From positions 39,370,001-39,434,000 of the forward strand of contig NC_043007.1 of assembly GCF_006345805.1 (NCBI RefSeq): DNA of 64,000 nt, written 5' to 3'. The notes below the pieces were generated by a model that was given only the letters and a program-made list of their open reading frames with translations, was not told where the DNA came from and made no database searches. Shown one piece after another: positions 24,446 through 37,325 of the stretch. The DNA comes from Octopus sinensis (taxonomy: Eukaryota). A program made the translations under genes and the position numbers. Every line of letters starts with the position of its first letter. The stretch's first letter is position 1.

Positions 24446-25137
24446 AATGTGTGCCATTATTCAGTTTATTTCAGGATTCCTTGCCAACAGAGAAAGAACC
24501 GGTTTTTAACCTAGATCCAAGGCACCTTCATTGGAATTTCAATATCAACAACAGGGTATTTTTATTTGTATGTATGTATGTATGTGCAGATTTGTATGTT
24601 TTATATATGTATTTTTGTGCATATAGTTGCATATCCAGACATGCACATATATATTTAAATGATAAATTTCTGGAAAGGTTTACAGATTTTTATTGTTCCA
24701 GTGATTGATTGGATCTATAGTCTTCGAATTAGCTTTCTTCTTTCTGGTTTTGAGAAGTCTAATTTCTCAAGATTGGTATTTAGGCAGTGTGTTACAGATC
24801 CCAGGGCCGCAATAATTACAGGTATAAACTTGAACTTGTAAATCTGGATAGACTAACTGCAGATTTCTCAATAGTTGAGCATAGGTGTTCTCTTTTTCAC
24901 TGATCTTCAGCTTTATGTTAACACATGCTGGCCAGCTAATTTCCACAACTGTGCACAGTTTCTCTTCTTATCCCAGATCATTATATCAGGTCTTAACAGG
25001 TATTTATTTTATTGACCCTGAAAGGATGGAAGGCAAAGTTGACCCTGGCAGAATTTGAACTCAGAACATGAAAATTAACAAAATGGCACTAAACATTTTG
25101 CTTGTTGTGGTAATGATCCTACAGCTTGCTGGCTTGT

Positions 25138-25344
25138 CCTTTTACTATCATATTTCTGTTGAAATACGCTAACTTTGTTTCATTTAATTCTTAAAATAGT
25201 GAAGATTTTAGTAAAATAATTTTGCCATTGTTAAGCTGGTTGTTGGAACAAATTCACATAAAATTTTGATGGATGATTTCAATTTAGATCGCTTTAGAGC
25301 AGAAAGAACTAGTGGTAGTCTCAGGCAGGTTGGTATCGAAAGGG
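25138..25344. mobile_element. piggyBac-type MITE, same family as 19599
   Basis: Ends ggttggtatcgaaaggg-ttaa; reverse complement matches 19599-19720. Confidence 0.7.
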
Positions 25345-26509
25345 TTAAACTAAACACATTCACTCCAACATGCTTATTTGACAACATGGATCTGCTGAAA
25401 GCAAACCGGAGTGAAATTATATATGGCCTATTTGCTTGTCAACAAGTCTTGCATATTCGTTTCCTCTTACTTCTAAGGCATCTTTGCGGCTTTTTGAAGA
25501 TACAGTTAATAACATATGCTTGGACTAGACACCATCATGACTCATGAACAAAAATAGATACAGGTTCCCAAGAGAGAGAAAAACTCTCATTAGGAAAATT
25601 AAAAGAGTTAACACACAAAAAAATCAATCAGCTAAATTAATGCTATCAGCAATCAACAGCAATAACAACTTTCAAATCACTTCTCTTCATTATTGATGTA
25701 ATTGACATCACAGATGTCATCAATCAGATGAAGCAATCTAACCTTACAGATGAGTCTAAGCTTTAAGTTATCAATGGAATTGGTAACTTAAAAAACTTTT
25801 CCAATTTGATCTGTGTTGTGCTTTAAAAAGTGGGAAAAAAATAATATTTTGTAAAGCAAATAAAAATTTGAGTTCATTCACTAAGGGAAAAAAAAAGACA
25901 TTTAAAATTGTCATATCCCCTTCTCTCAGGAGAACTTCTAATGGTGATAAATGATATCAAAGACTTAAGTATAATGGTTAACAACAACCTAAGTTAAGAG
26001 TACCCACGTCAAAAATAAGGAGAACATGGCTCTTGGTTCTTTAGAACATTTCAGAACATGGGATATAAAAATAGCTTTACTTTTAACTGTTTTGATTTTG
26101 ACTCAGCTGAAATCACCTCTAGATCTATGAAACAAAACCATGCTATTTTAAAATGTTTATATTTAAAGCAAAACCTTCCTAAAGACCTATTGTCATGTTC
26201 TCTCCAGCATCATCACTACCTTTATCATTGTTTTTACATCAGTTTTTTCCATGCTGACATGGGTTAGAACAGAGGTTCTTGAGGTAGTATTCAGCAGTTG
26301 GATGCTCTTCCCAATGTCAAAGCATTTCTTGTTTTTAAATAAAGTATCGTACATTATTCCATGTTCTTGCAAGCCAAACTGCTGTTGAAAGTATTGGTTC
26401 AGGGAGGCACAAACAATATCATGCAAAAGTGATGTCAAAGTGAAATCTTGTGAATACAAATATATGCATGCAGACACACATGCATAGATTCATATATATC
26501 CACATAAAT

Positions 26510-26542
<33 letters not shown>

Positions 26543-26568
26543 GACACTCACATATATACGTGTGTGTG

Positions 26569-26607
<39 letters not shown>

Positions 26608-26700
26608 GTATATATACATACACACACAAACATGTATATATATATGTATGTATGTATACATGTACATACACACAGACACACATATACATACATACATACA

Positions 26701-26735
<35 letters not shown>

Positions 26736-27392
26736 CACAGGCTTCTGTACAGTTTCCATTCATCAGATTTCACTCACAAGTAGTTGGTCAGCCAGAAGTT
26801 ATAGTAGAAGGCACTTGCTCTATGTTATTTATACAAGGATCATGACAGCTTTAATTCCTCCAAAATTTCGATTATTTTCAAAATTAATCAAAGCAAATTA
26901 AAAAACATTGTACTGAAAAAGGTGCTAAACTTGTATCCTTTTAAACCAGACTGTGTTCCATTTTGCATTTTCTTTTCCTGTTAAAAATTTTTTCTCATTT
27001 GTTTATCAATTATTTATAAATTATTTGATACAATAAATATCCAATTCTGGTCAAGGATTCTGTTGTTTGTTTGCTTATGTTTTTTTTAACCAGTTATTCA
27101 GTGGTTGTGCAGTCATCATTCTCATCATCACCACCACCATATATACACATACACACCCACATACATATGTGTGTTTGTGTGTGTTTATGTCTGTGTTTGT
27201 CACCCCCCATCACTACTTAACTGGTGTTAGTGGGTTTACATCCCTGTAACTTAGTGATTCAGCAAAAGAGACTGACTGAATAAATACTAGGTCTAAAACA
27301 TAAGCTCTGGGGTTGATTTGTTCAACCAAAAAAACACCTTTCAAGGCAGTGCTCCAGTATGGACGGAGACAAGTAAAAGAATAAAAGAATAT

Positions 27393-27455
<63 letters not shown>

Positions 27456-27915
27456 TCTTTGTATTTATGTTTGTTCCCCCACACCACTTGACAACTAGTG
27501 TTGGTGTGTTTAAATTGTCATTACTCAACAGTTCGGCAAAAGGGATTCATAGAATACTTCTGCACAATTCCACTCAATACACTATCTTCACCCTCCCTTT
27601 CTGGCTATCATCATATCTCACTCTCTCAGCCAGCATACTCTTGTTTTTATATATCCTTGGCATCTGTCATTGCTCAGTTTCATAGGTTGCACTAACTTCT
27701 ATTATTGACCTCTCTGATTGAGGAATTTGCCTTGATTGTATGTACATATCTCAGAATACTGAGCATCTTTATCACTCATTTTCCTATCAAGCATCCTCTT
27801 ATCCTTAACCCCTTAATGCTCAGATTACTCTGTTACATGTAATGCCTTTTCACTCAAATTGTTTTGAATTAATCATGCATTATCTCATAGCTTTAAAATC
27901 TCAATGATGTGATTA

Positions 27916-28260
27916 CTGTAAATCCTCGAGTATAGCCCACCCTTGAGTATAATATGCTGGGGATTTTTAGGAGGCTGTACCTCTAAAAAACCTAAACCTT
28001 GTGTATAATACGCACCCCTTCTCTAACTTGAGTCAAGGAGGTCTATGTAACGTTCTTGGTTTGTAAAAATGTATATGGTAATGTCCTTTATTACTATTGT
28101 ATATATAACATAATGCAAACGTGTAGCTTTTTTGTGCATTTTGTTGGCAGAAAATAAAGAAATAACAGTAATAATGTCAGTGAAAAATAAATATTAAGTA
28201 AATTGTCTTTACATATTTATCACTATCAGTTACAAAAGCAAAAGCAAAAACATTTATTCA
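27916..28260 (+). mobile_element. Tc1/pogo-type transposon left end
   Basis: TA-CTGTAAATCCTCGAGTATAG terminal motif with repeated gagtataa/gtgtataa subterminal boxes. Confidence 0.5.
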
Positions 28261-28263
28261 AAT

Positions 28264-29083
28264 CCTTCAGTTCAGTGGTTAGTAGGGTGTTGATCCCTAA
28301 ACCCAACACTCTCCCTTCACAGTTCAGTGGTTAGTAGGGTTTGATCTCTAAACCCAACACTCTCCCTTCATAGTTCAGTGGTTAGTAGGGTATTGATCCC
28401 TAAACCCAACACTCTCCCTTCATAGTTCAGTGGTAAGTAGGGTACTGATCCCTAAACCCATTACAGTTCAGTAGTTTTTAAGGTACCACTCCCTAAATCT
28501 AACACTTCTCCTTCACAATTTAGTTCTTATGAAGTATTGTTTCCTGAATTCAAAACAGTTCAGTGCTTAGTAGGCTACCGATCCCTAAACTTAACACTTC
28601 CTGTTCACAGGTCAGTGGTTAGTGAGGTACCAGTCCCTGAATCCATCACCTTTCCATCGCAGTTCAGTGGTTCATAAAATGTCTGTTAGTCCCCTTGACC
28701 TAATAGGGTACTGATCCTGAAACCCAACACTGTCCCATTACAGTTCAGTAATTTTTAAGGTAACAGTCCCTAAAAGTAACTCTTCTCTCTCACAGTTCAG
28801 TGGTTCATCTCGACATAACACTGTCCTTTCGCAGTTTAGTGGTTAATAAGGTACTGATCCCTACATCCAGCATTTGGTTAGTAGGGTACTGGTCCAGGAA
28901 CCCAAGACTGTCCCATTACAGTTCAGTAGTTTTTAAGGTACCAGTCCCTAAAAGTAACACTTCCCCCTCACAGTTCATTGGTGACTAGATACTGATCCCT
29001 AAATTCAAACCTGTCTCTTTACAGTTCAGTGGTTAGTAGCATACAATCCTTAAACCCACCATGTTCCATTCACGGTTCAGTGG
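28264..29083 (+). repeat. Minisatellite, about 16 units of about 52 bp
   Basis: Unit ttcagtggttagtagggtactgatccctaaacccaacactctcccttcacag; first three units nearly identical, later ones diverged. Confidence 0.95.
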
Positions 29084-29299
29084 ATAATAACAAAAACGGC
29101 ATCACCTCCATAAAACTCAAGTAATACAGGTGTGAATGTATCATATTTGCATATTAGCATAAATAAAAGAAATAATACATATTCAATTATGAAAATTTGC
29201 ATAATTTATGAAAACATTTGAACCTGCTGAGTTGTTAATGCCAGCTGAGACATAGATTTAATATAATACGATAAACATGTGTTTCCTTCAATTATTTAT

Positions 29300-29854
29300 A
29301 ATTGTCTGAGTATGAATGTGTGTGAATGTTTGTATGTATGTATGTATGTATGTATGTGTATGTATGTATGTATGTATGTATGTATGTATGTATGCATGCA
29401 TGTATGCATGCATGTATGTATGTATGTATGTATGTATGTGTATGTATGTATGTATGCATGTATGTATGCATGCATGTATGTGTGTGTGTATGTATGTATG
29501 TATGTATGTATGTATGTATGTGTGTGTTTGTGTATGTATGTATGTATGTATGCATGTATGTACGTATGTATGTACATATGTATGCATGTATATATATATA
29601 TGTATTTAACTATCCCACCCTTTCTCTCTCTCTCTCACACACACACTCTCTCTCTGTAAATATTTATATATATGTATACATATACACATAAACCCATAGA
29701 TATAGATCTTTACACGTATACATATACATGCATACATACTTACATTTTCATCATCATCATCATTTGAGGTCCGTTTTCCATGTTGATACACACACACATG
29801 CAAATATATATCTATAGGAGTGTATATCTATGTATATATGTCTATATATATATG

Positions 29855-29888
<34 letters not shown>

Positions 29889-29999
29889 CATATATATATG
29901 TATGTATGTGTGTGTGTGTGTGTGTGTGTATGTATCTGTCTATCTATCTATCTATAAAGGTATGTATATGTATATATAAACATACATACATATACGTAC

Positions 30000-30042
<43 letters not shown>

Positions 30043-30047
30043 TATAT

Positions 30048-30108
<61 letters not shown>

Positions 30109-30201
30109 TAGACACACACACATACATGCACACACACATATGTAAATGGATGGATATGTTCCTGTGTATATATATGTGTGTATTCACAAACAGATTGATA
30201 A

Positions 30202-30275
<74 letters not shown>

Positions 30276-30365
30276 GGATAGATAGACAGATAGATAGACA
30301 GATAGATAGATAGATAGATAAATAGACAGATAGACGGACAGACAGATAGATAAATAGATAGATAA

Positions 30366-30452
<87 letters not shown>

Positions 30453-30455
30453 TGC
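29300..30455. repeat. Compound microsatellite block (TATG)n, (TA)n, (CA)n, (GATA)n
   Basis: Direct reading. Confidence 0.95.
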
Positions 30456-31457
30456 ATATATTTGTGTGTGCAGTCAGGTGTTACAAAGAAGACCGAAGAG
30501 TTACAATGGAAGGAATAAGTTGAATTATTCATTCCTTCATTTCAAAGTAAGAATTGATAATGGGACATTTTCGACTTTGAGTTATGTTAATATGGTTATG
30601 TTAATATGTACATACATGGGCATACAAACATACTTAAACATTTATCTGTCGGTCTGTATATCTATTCATACAACTATCAATTTAGAAAAAAATTATATGT
30701 ATATCATCATCATCATCGTCGTCATCAACACCATTTAATGTCCACTTTCCATGCTGGCATGGGTTGGACGGTTTGACAGGAGCTGGCCAGGCAGAAGACT
30801 GCCCCAGGCTTCTGTGTCTGTTTTGGCAGGGTTTTTACAGCTAGATACCCTTCCAAATGCCAACCAGTTCAAATGCCAATCAGTTTACAGTATGGGCTGG
30901 ATGGTTTTTACATTCTCTCATACTTTAACACCATATCTCTGGATCAAAAGCCACATTCCTTCCTACTATATCCCCAATCTCACTAGTACTAGTCCACAAC
31001 AGCAAAAAAAAAAAATGAAAATTCACCCGATACATGTTGGAAAGAGGTTGGTTTTTGAAAGGACAACCAACCTCTAGATGTAGAGATGATGTCAATGAAG
31101 ACAATGGTGTCCAGTGCAGTCTTTGGATGTGTTGGATCTTACAAAATTGTTTAATCCACATCAGCATTGGACATGGAGATACAATGATGAAGATATATAT
31201 ATAATCTTCATCATCGTTTAATGTCCGTTTTCCGTGCTAGCATGGGTTGAAGGGTTTGACCGGGGTCTGGGAAGCCAGGAGGCTGCACCAGGCTCCAGTC
31301 TGATCTGGCAGTGTTTCTACAGCTGGATGCCCTTCCTAACACCAACCACTCTGTGAGTGTAGTGAGTGCTTTTCACGTACCACTGGCACAGGTGCCAGGG
31401 GAGGCTGACAGCGGCCACGCTCGGTTGGTGCTTATATACATACATACATACATATAT

Positions 31458-31495
<38 letters not shown>

Positions 31496-32066
31496 CATGC
31501 ACACATATATCTAAACATCCATATGAACATACATATATATACAGAGAGAAATGAAAGAAACATAATTAACAACATCCTTTATTTTAAATCTCTACAATTG
31601 TTTCAAAGCATTCTTGCACTTGGAATACATAGACGAGATGTGCAGTCATTATTTTACATCCAGGGTGTGGAATCTTAAGTTACATACATTTATATATAAA
31701 TATTCTTTTATTCTATTACTTGTTTCTGTCATTTGACTGTGATCATGCTGGAGCACGACCTTAAAGGATTTTAGTTGAAGAAATCAGCCCCAGGAATTAT
31801 TCTTTTCAAAGTCTACTACTTATTCTATCAGTCTCTTTTGCTGAACTTCTAAGTTACAGTGACATAAACACACCAGCATTGATTGTTAAGCAATGGTGGG
31901 AGGACAAACACAGACACACATACATAAATATATACATGTATTAGATTTTATCAGGTAGATCAGGTAGTTAGCATGCAATCAACTGGTTATGGTTAAATTA
32001 ATCAATTTATAAATATATATCTTAGCATGCAATCAACTGGTTATGGTTAAATTAATCAATTTATAA

Positions 32067-32305
32067 ATATATATCAAGGGCAAGTGAGTATGAATATAAG
32101 TTCCCAATATGTTAGAAAAAGACACTGATGTCTAAAACCTACCTTAAGATATCACTATCAAGTATAAATATACGCTGGTTTATTTGCATGAGTACAGCAC
32201 ATGTTTATACTTTATGGTGATATCTTAAGGTAGATTTTAGACATTGGCATCTTTTTCTAGCACATTGGAAACTTGTATACATACTTGCTTGCCCTTGATA
32301 TATAT
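32067..32305. repeat. Aged fold-back with about 100-bp arms, preceded by a 54-bp tandem duplication (31968-32075)
   Basis: atcaagggcaag...aagtataaa pairs with tttatact...cttgcccttgat; 35-nt loop. Confidence 0.85.
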
Positions 32306-33102
32306 GCAGGCAAGAAGTGGATTCGATCCACCATAGCCAAATTTAAATTAACACTGCAACAGAAATTTTCACATGGTGGATCAATGGTTTTTCTCTGACA
32401 GCAGTTTTACATTTGCCAAATTGCCTTTAGCTAGGCCAAAATAATGTTTTCACCACTTGACCCTTATAACCTCACCTAAAGCTAGAATAGAGATAACAAG
32501 ACCACCAACTAAATATATTGTTCTCAACGATATGTCTATCCTTCTAGATAGTTATAAAAGCATGAACCCCAAGCAAAAAGATAGTTAGTCACATGGTGAC
32601 GACTCAACCAGTTCAGTGACTTCGGTGACGACTCAACGAGTTAGCCACTACGGTGACAACTTATTGAGAACGAAGTCTGGCTGACCAGCTAGAACCTTGG
32701 TCAGAGGGAGAAATTAAATTTACTTTCAGCAACTGTGAGACAACGTCCCACAACCCTACAACTTTCACTAGCTCTAATTCTGTTCCCTTACAGCATCATC
32801 TATTGCTATCTGTGAATTACTACTAACAATTTGTGTACACCAAACTAAGCAAAAAAATTCTACCACATCTAACTTTCTTTCGCATGCTCTCAGATGTTAT
32901 AACCTGCCCGTCGAGGTATGGTATTTTTCAACGTAACGGTAAGTAAATACTTTCTTAAAACTTTATGCATTATTCATCTTTCACATCCTATAACATGCCG
33001 TTATAACAACAAATTTTTATCGTTACAACTGCTGACACCGACGTTTCATAATATTACCCGTTACATACACACACACACACACACACACACATATATGAAA
33101 TG

Positions 33103-33184
33103 AAAATAAGCAACAAGGATATCCAGAGGCAATGCATGAAACGATCGTACTGCATTACCTGTGGATATCCTTATTGCTTATTTT
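33103..33184. repeat. Fold-back whose loop is the 3' half of a hammerhead
   Basis: Arms 33103-33136 and 33151-33184; loop tGAAACGATCGTAc. Confidence 0.85.
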
Positions 33185-33302
33185 GATTTTAATTACCTTA
33201 CTTTGAAATTGTATGGATAATACCGTACTAAATTCTGGTGCCTCAACTTAAGTACCATATTCATCTGAATCTAAATTTTTGCTGAACTCATCTACCATAC
33301 CC

Positions 33303-33391
<89 letters not shown>

Positions 33392-33831
33392 GACAGGCTC
33401 CTTTTATTTTCCATCTACCAAATTCACTCACAAGGCTATAGTAGAGGTTATAGTAGAAGACACTTGTCCAATGTGCCATGCAGTGGTACTGAACTAGGAA
33501 CCATGTGGTTGGTAAGCAAGCGTCTAACCACACAGCCACACAGGTGTGCATATATATATACTGATATACATACCTTCTTACGCACACATATATATCAGTT
33601 CAGATCACTTTACTTTGAAACTAGCCAAATGGATAGACTCTGAAGAAGCTGCAGAGGAAATAATGCCAAGTTGCATTTGCAATACCCGTAGTCTGTGGTG
33701 TAGAAACACGTGTAAGTCATAAAGACTATTAAAATCTACTACTGGTAACCATGTAAAGTAGTGCAACCTTTCCATGGTTGGGTCGTCATCAGTGTTTAAA
33801 ACAGTAACCCATTAAGCTTGGATGGAAATGG

Positions 33832-34200
33832 AAGCACTCCGTCGGTTACGACGATGAGGGTTCCGGTTGATCCGAATCAACGGAACAGCCTGCTCGTGAA
33901 ATTAACGTGTAAGTGGCTGAGCACTACACAGACACGTGTACCCTTAACGTAGTTCTCGGTGATATTCAGCGTGACACAGAGAGCGACAAGGCCGGCCCTT
34001 TGAAATATAGGTACAACAGAAACAGGAAATAAGAGTGAGAGAAAGTTGTGGTGAAAGAGTACAGCAGGGATCACCACCATCCCCTGCCAGAGCCTCGTGG
34101 AGCTTTAGGTGTTTTCACTCACAACGCCCGGTCTGGGAATCGAAACCGCGATCCTATGACCGCGAGTCCGCTGCCCTAACCACTGGGCCATTGCGCCTCC
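33832..34200 (-). mobile_element. Young tRNA-headed SINE with 12-bp TSD
   Basis: TSD taagcttggatg at 33813-33824 and 34201-34212; near-identical to 58445-58826. Confidence 0.9.
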
Positions 34201-35019
34201 TAAGCTTGGATGATGTGTGGTACTCAGTAGAATAAAAAAACAAAATCCATCAAAGGGCAGATAGACTCAAGAAGGTTAATGGCCATCCAGTACTATGAAC
34301 ACACACGCGCGCGCGCACACACACACATATTGTTGCTATTATGTTAAACTGTCATATGTCCAAATTTGGCCAAATGCATTTTTCTTTTCAATATTTAATT
34401 TTGCTTGCAACAGCCGGTTCATTTGGTCAAACTATCGTATCTGCAGCTGCTTCAGATGAAAATTGTCAAAGTGTAGTACAACGGTTTAGCATTTTTCAAA
34501 AGTGTAGTTAGCCCTACATATATTCTGACTGAAAATATCATACATGCATGGAGTTACGATTTTATGCACCTATGAAAATATCATAAAGCTGAAACCCTTG
34601 CTAATGTAAAATGAAATAGAATGGTGAAACTATTTTTTTTCGTTGTCTGAAAAAACAAGCAAGTACTGATCAGTGATAGAAAATTCAACAAAAAAAGTAC
34701 TCCCTCTGATGAGAGATAAATTGTATTTATCTAAAGGTCACAATACATGTATTAAAGCGCTACTAATAGTTTCATATGTTGAGAAAACTTAAACATATTC
34801 TTCAGGCATCCAGCTGTAAAACCCATGCCACGTTTCATAACGAAGTAAAGAAATTGAATAATAGATTAAACGCGAAAAAAATTGAGAAGGCAGTATATAG
34901 AAAATGCAGACAGTAAACAACGGAAAACAAACTAAAATGCAAAAAATAAAAAGTGAAATAGGTAAATAAGCGATCCTCCTTAGACCTAAAAGGCTGGAAA
35001 GATATCAAGTCAGTCAGGA

Positions 35020-35990
35020 ATAGGCGGAATTTTATTATTATTATTATTATTTAAAGTTGTAGTAACCGCTGCTTCATATATGATAGATTTAGTCATATAT
35101 CGTTGGTCAAGTGGACAGGATCCTAGCTCGCGACATTTGCAACTGGATTTAAGCTCTTGGCATTGACGACGTGTAATGATACTCTTCATAATAGGGCAGC
35201 AGCTATATGACAATATTTTCCTGTATCTGTGAGTGGCTGGACCGTGTTTGTCTAGGAGAGACAGGAAACTTTTACCAACGTTAGTTTTTATATCAAGAGA
35301 AAAGGGAGGAGCGAACTAAATAATTTTCCTTGGTCTATTTTCAGGTTTCGTATTATCCTGATTAATACTATAGTGGTTATGTATTACTTTATCTTTGACG
35401 CCGCTAGATCTATTTTCAATGTTTTGAGTATCATTAGAGGGATTATATATTAATTTTGTCTTTGAAGCCACTATTGGCTAGGGCCTTGTCACAATAATAG
35501 GTGACAGCTTTCTCGACAATATTTTTGGAAGAAGCGAAGTTAGACACTCTGTTACAAGTACTAGCTATCAGGTTTTTAAACATTACAGGTGGGTGACAAG
35601 ACTGTTTATGTATATATACGAGTTTCACATTAGGCTTTTGGAAACTTTTATACGAGGAGGAGTTTAAATCTCAGGAAACACCTAAATAATCAACTATAGA
35701 GAGATAAGTCGTTACTGTAATTTTAAGTCCTAGTTGATTAAAGGTAGAAATTAGTTGCTTTCACACCCACAAGAAATACCCAAACCGTCGTCACGGTATA
35801 GGCCATCGTCATAAGGCGGGTATCTATATCTGAATGTGTTTAATATAAATAAACCCACAAGATCACAGACGTCAGCACTATCATATGACCTCCATAGATA
35901 CATCAAATAGTTCGTCACTATGCGCTTTAAAACATTGTTCAGCGATCTTCGATCGCAGCCGAAAATCGATGGACAATGACAAAGGGAGAT
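35020..35990 (-). pseudogene. Penelope-like element: RT 3' part plus GIY-YIG-proximal region
   Basis: FDVSM/SYDSADVCDLVGLFILN...LYRDDGL; RVSNFASSKNIVEKAV.YY..AL.NSGFKDK; CKCRELGSCPLD...TKSIIYEAAVT. Confidence 0.85.
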
Positions 35991-36440
35991 AATCACCTAG
36001 GATTTTACCCTTAAAACGAGTCCCCCCACAACCACAATATTTTTAAAAGGTCTCAGGCAAGTAGTGTTTGGAGTCTGAAGATGCGTCGTATGGTTAAACC
36101 CCTAATAAGCGAGAAACCCAGGTTAACCCCATAAACCGGCCTACCCCACTATAATATTAACTGCTCTGTGTGTGCTTCTCTTTCGGATTTACGTATTTTA
36201 CAAACGATTACACACACACACACACATACATACATACATCCATACATACACACACACACACACACATACAAACATATATATATATATTATATTATATATA
36301 TAATATATAATATATATATATATATATATGTATGTATTTATCCCTCCACAATCACTTGACAATCTATCTTATACATACATGCACATGCATACATACATAT
36401 ATATGTGCATATGTGCATGCATATATATATATATATATAT

Positions 36441-36595
36441 ACGAGAAAGAAGCAACAAGAATGGATTGGTTTTTAGTACAATTGTTTCATACAAGGACAG
36501 GCTTTATTACAAGTTGCAAAAACTTGTAATAAAGCCTGTCCTTGTATGAAACAATTGTACTAAAAACCAATCCATTCTTGTTGCTTCTTTCTCGT
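36441..36595. repeat. Perfect 75-bp inverted repeat directly after (TA)n
   Basis: Arms 36441-36515 and 36521-36595; loop gcaaa. Confidence 0.95.
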
Positions 36596-36709
36596 TTATA
36601 ATCACCCCACATTACTGTATGGATAACACCATATAGTTTTTCTGGTGCATCTAAGTTAAGTACCACATTCAAGTAAATTCATTGGAAGTTACTTGAATCT
36701 TAATTGCTT

Positions 36710-36773
<64 letters not shown>

Positions 36774-37023
36774 CTGCGATAACTTATGAGCTTATGAGGA
36801 TTTGGCGAGATCCTGTGTGAGTTTTGTGTTTGCTTGTGTGTGTGTAAAATCTGATATAATTTCGCCTGTTATTAGCTCGTTGCTAGTTTAATGGTTTCAA
36901 CTATTTAGAGAGTGTGTGGCAGAAGCACTTGTCACGATAAAATTTGAGATGTTGAGTGTGTTGTTCTATTCCAGTCTCAAGACTTCTTGGAACCCACATG
37001 ACGTGCATCTGCAATAATGAAAT

Positions 37024-37036
37024 TACGTCACTTCCG
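37024..37036 (-). promoter_or_regulatory. ETS-CRE composite motif
   Basis: Reverse complement CGGAAGTGACGTA; extra TGACGT at about 37000; locally CpG-rich. Confidence 0.5.
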
Positions 37037-37325
37037 TAGTTTCCCCGCTCGTGGGAGTACGGTACGGAAGGTATAGTATAGGTGAGAGAATTCATGTTTA
37101 TTCGGTTTGACATGAAGTTTATTGTAGATTATACACTATTAAACTTTACTAGCTTGGTGTTAAATGCTTCTTTCTGTCGTCTGTTACGCGTGTCGGTCAC
37201 ATATTTGTTACACACAAGCTTCTATACCAAGATCAGGCCTTGTAAATCTAATCAACAATTGGATGTATATCACTTGGACTACTTAACTAATAAATCTTAA
37301 TTCCATCTATTGTCTTCTACACCAG

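Noticed and set aside
26193-26477. 94-aa ORF with apparent splice sites
   Set aside because: Its second half is a decayed family D element (gggaagagcatcc..., aacccatgtcagcatggaaa).
28264-29083. CRISPR-like regular array
   Set aside because: Whole units are homologous with no unique spacers, there are no cas genes, and the context is eukaryotic.
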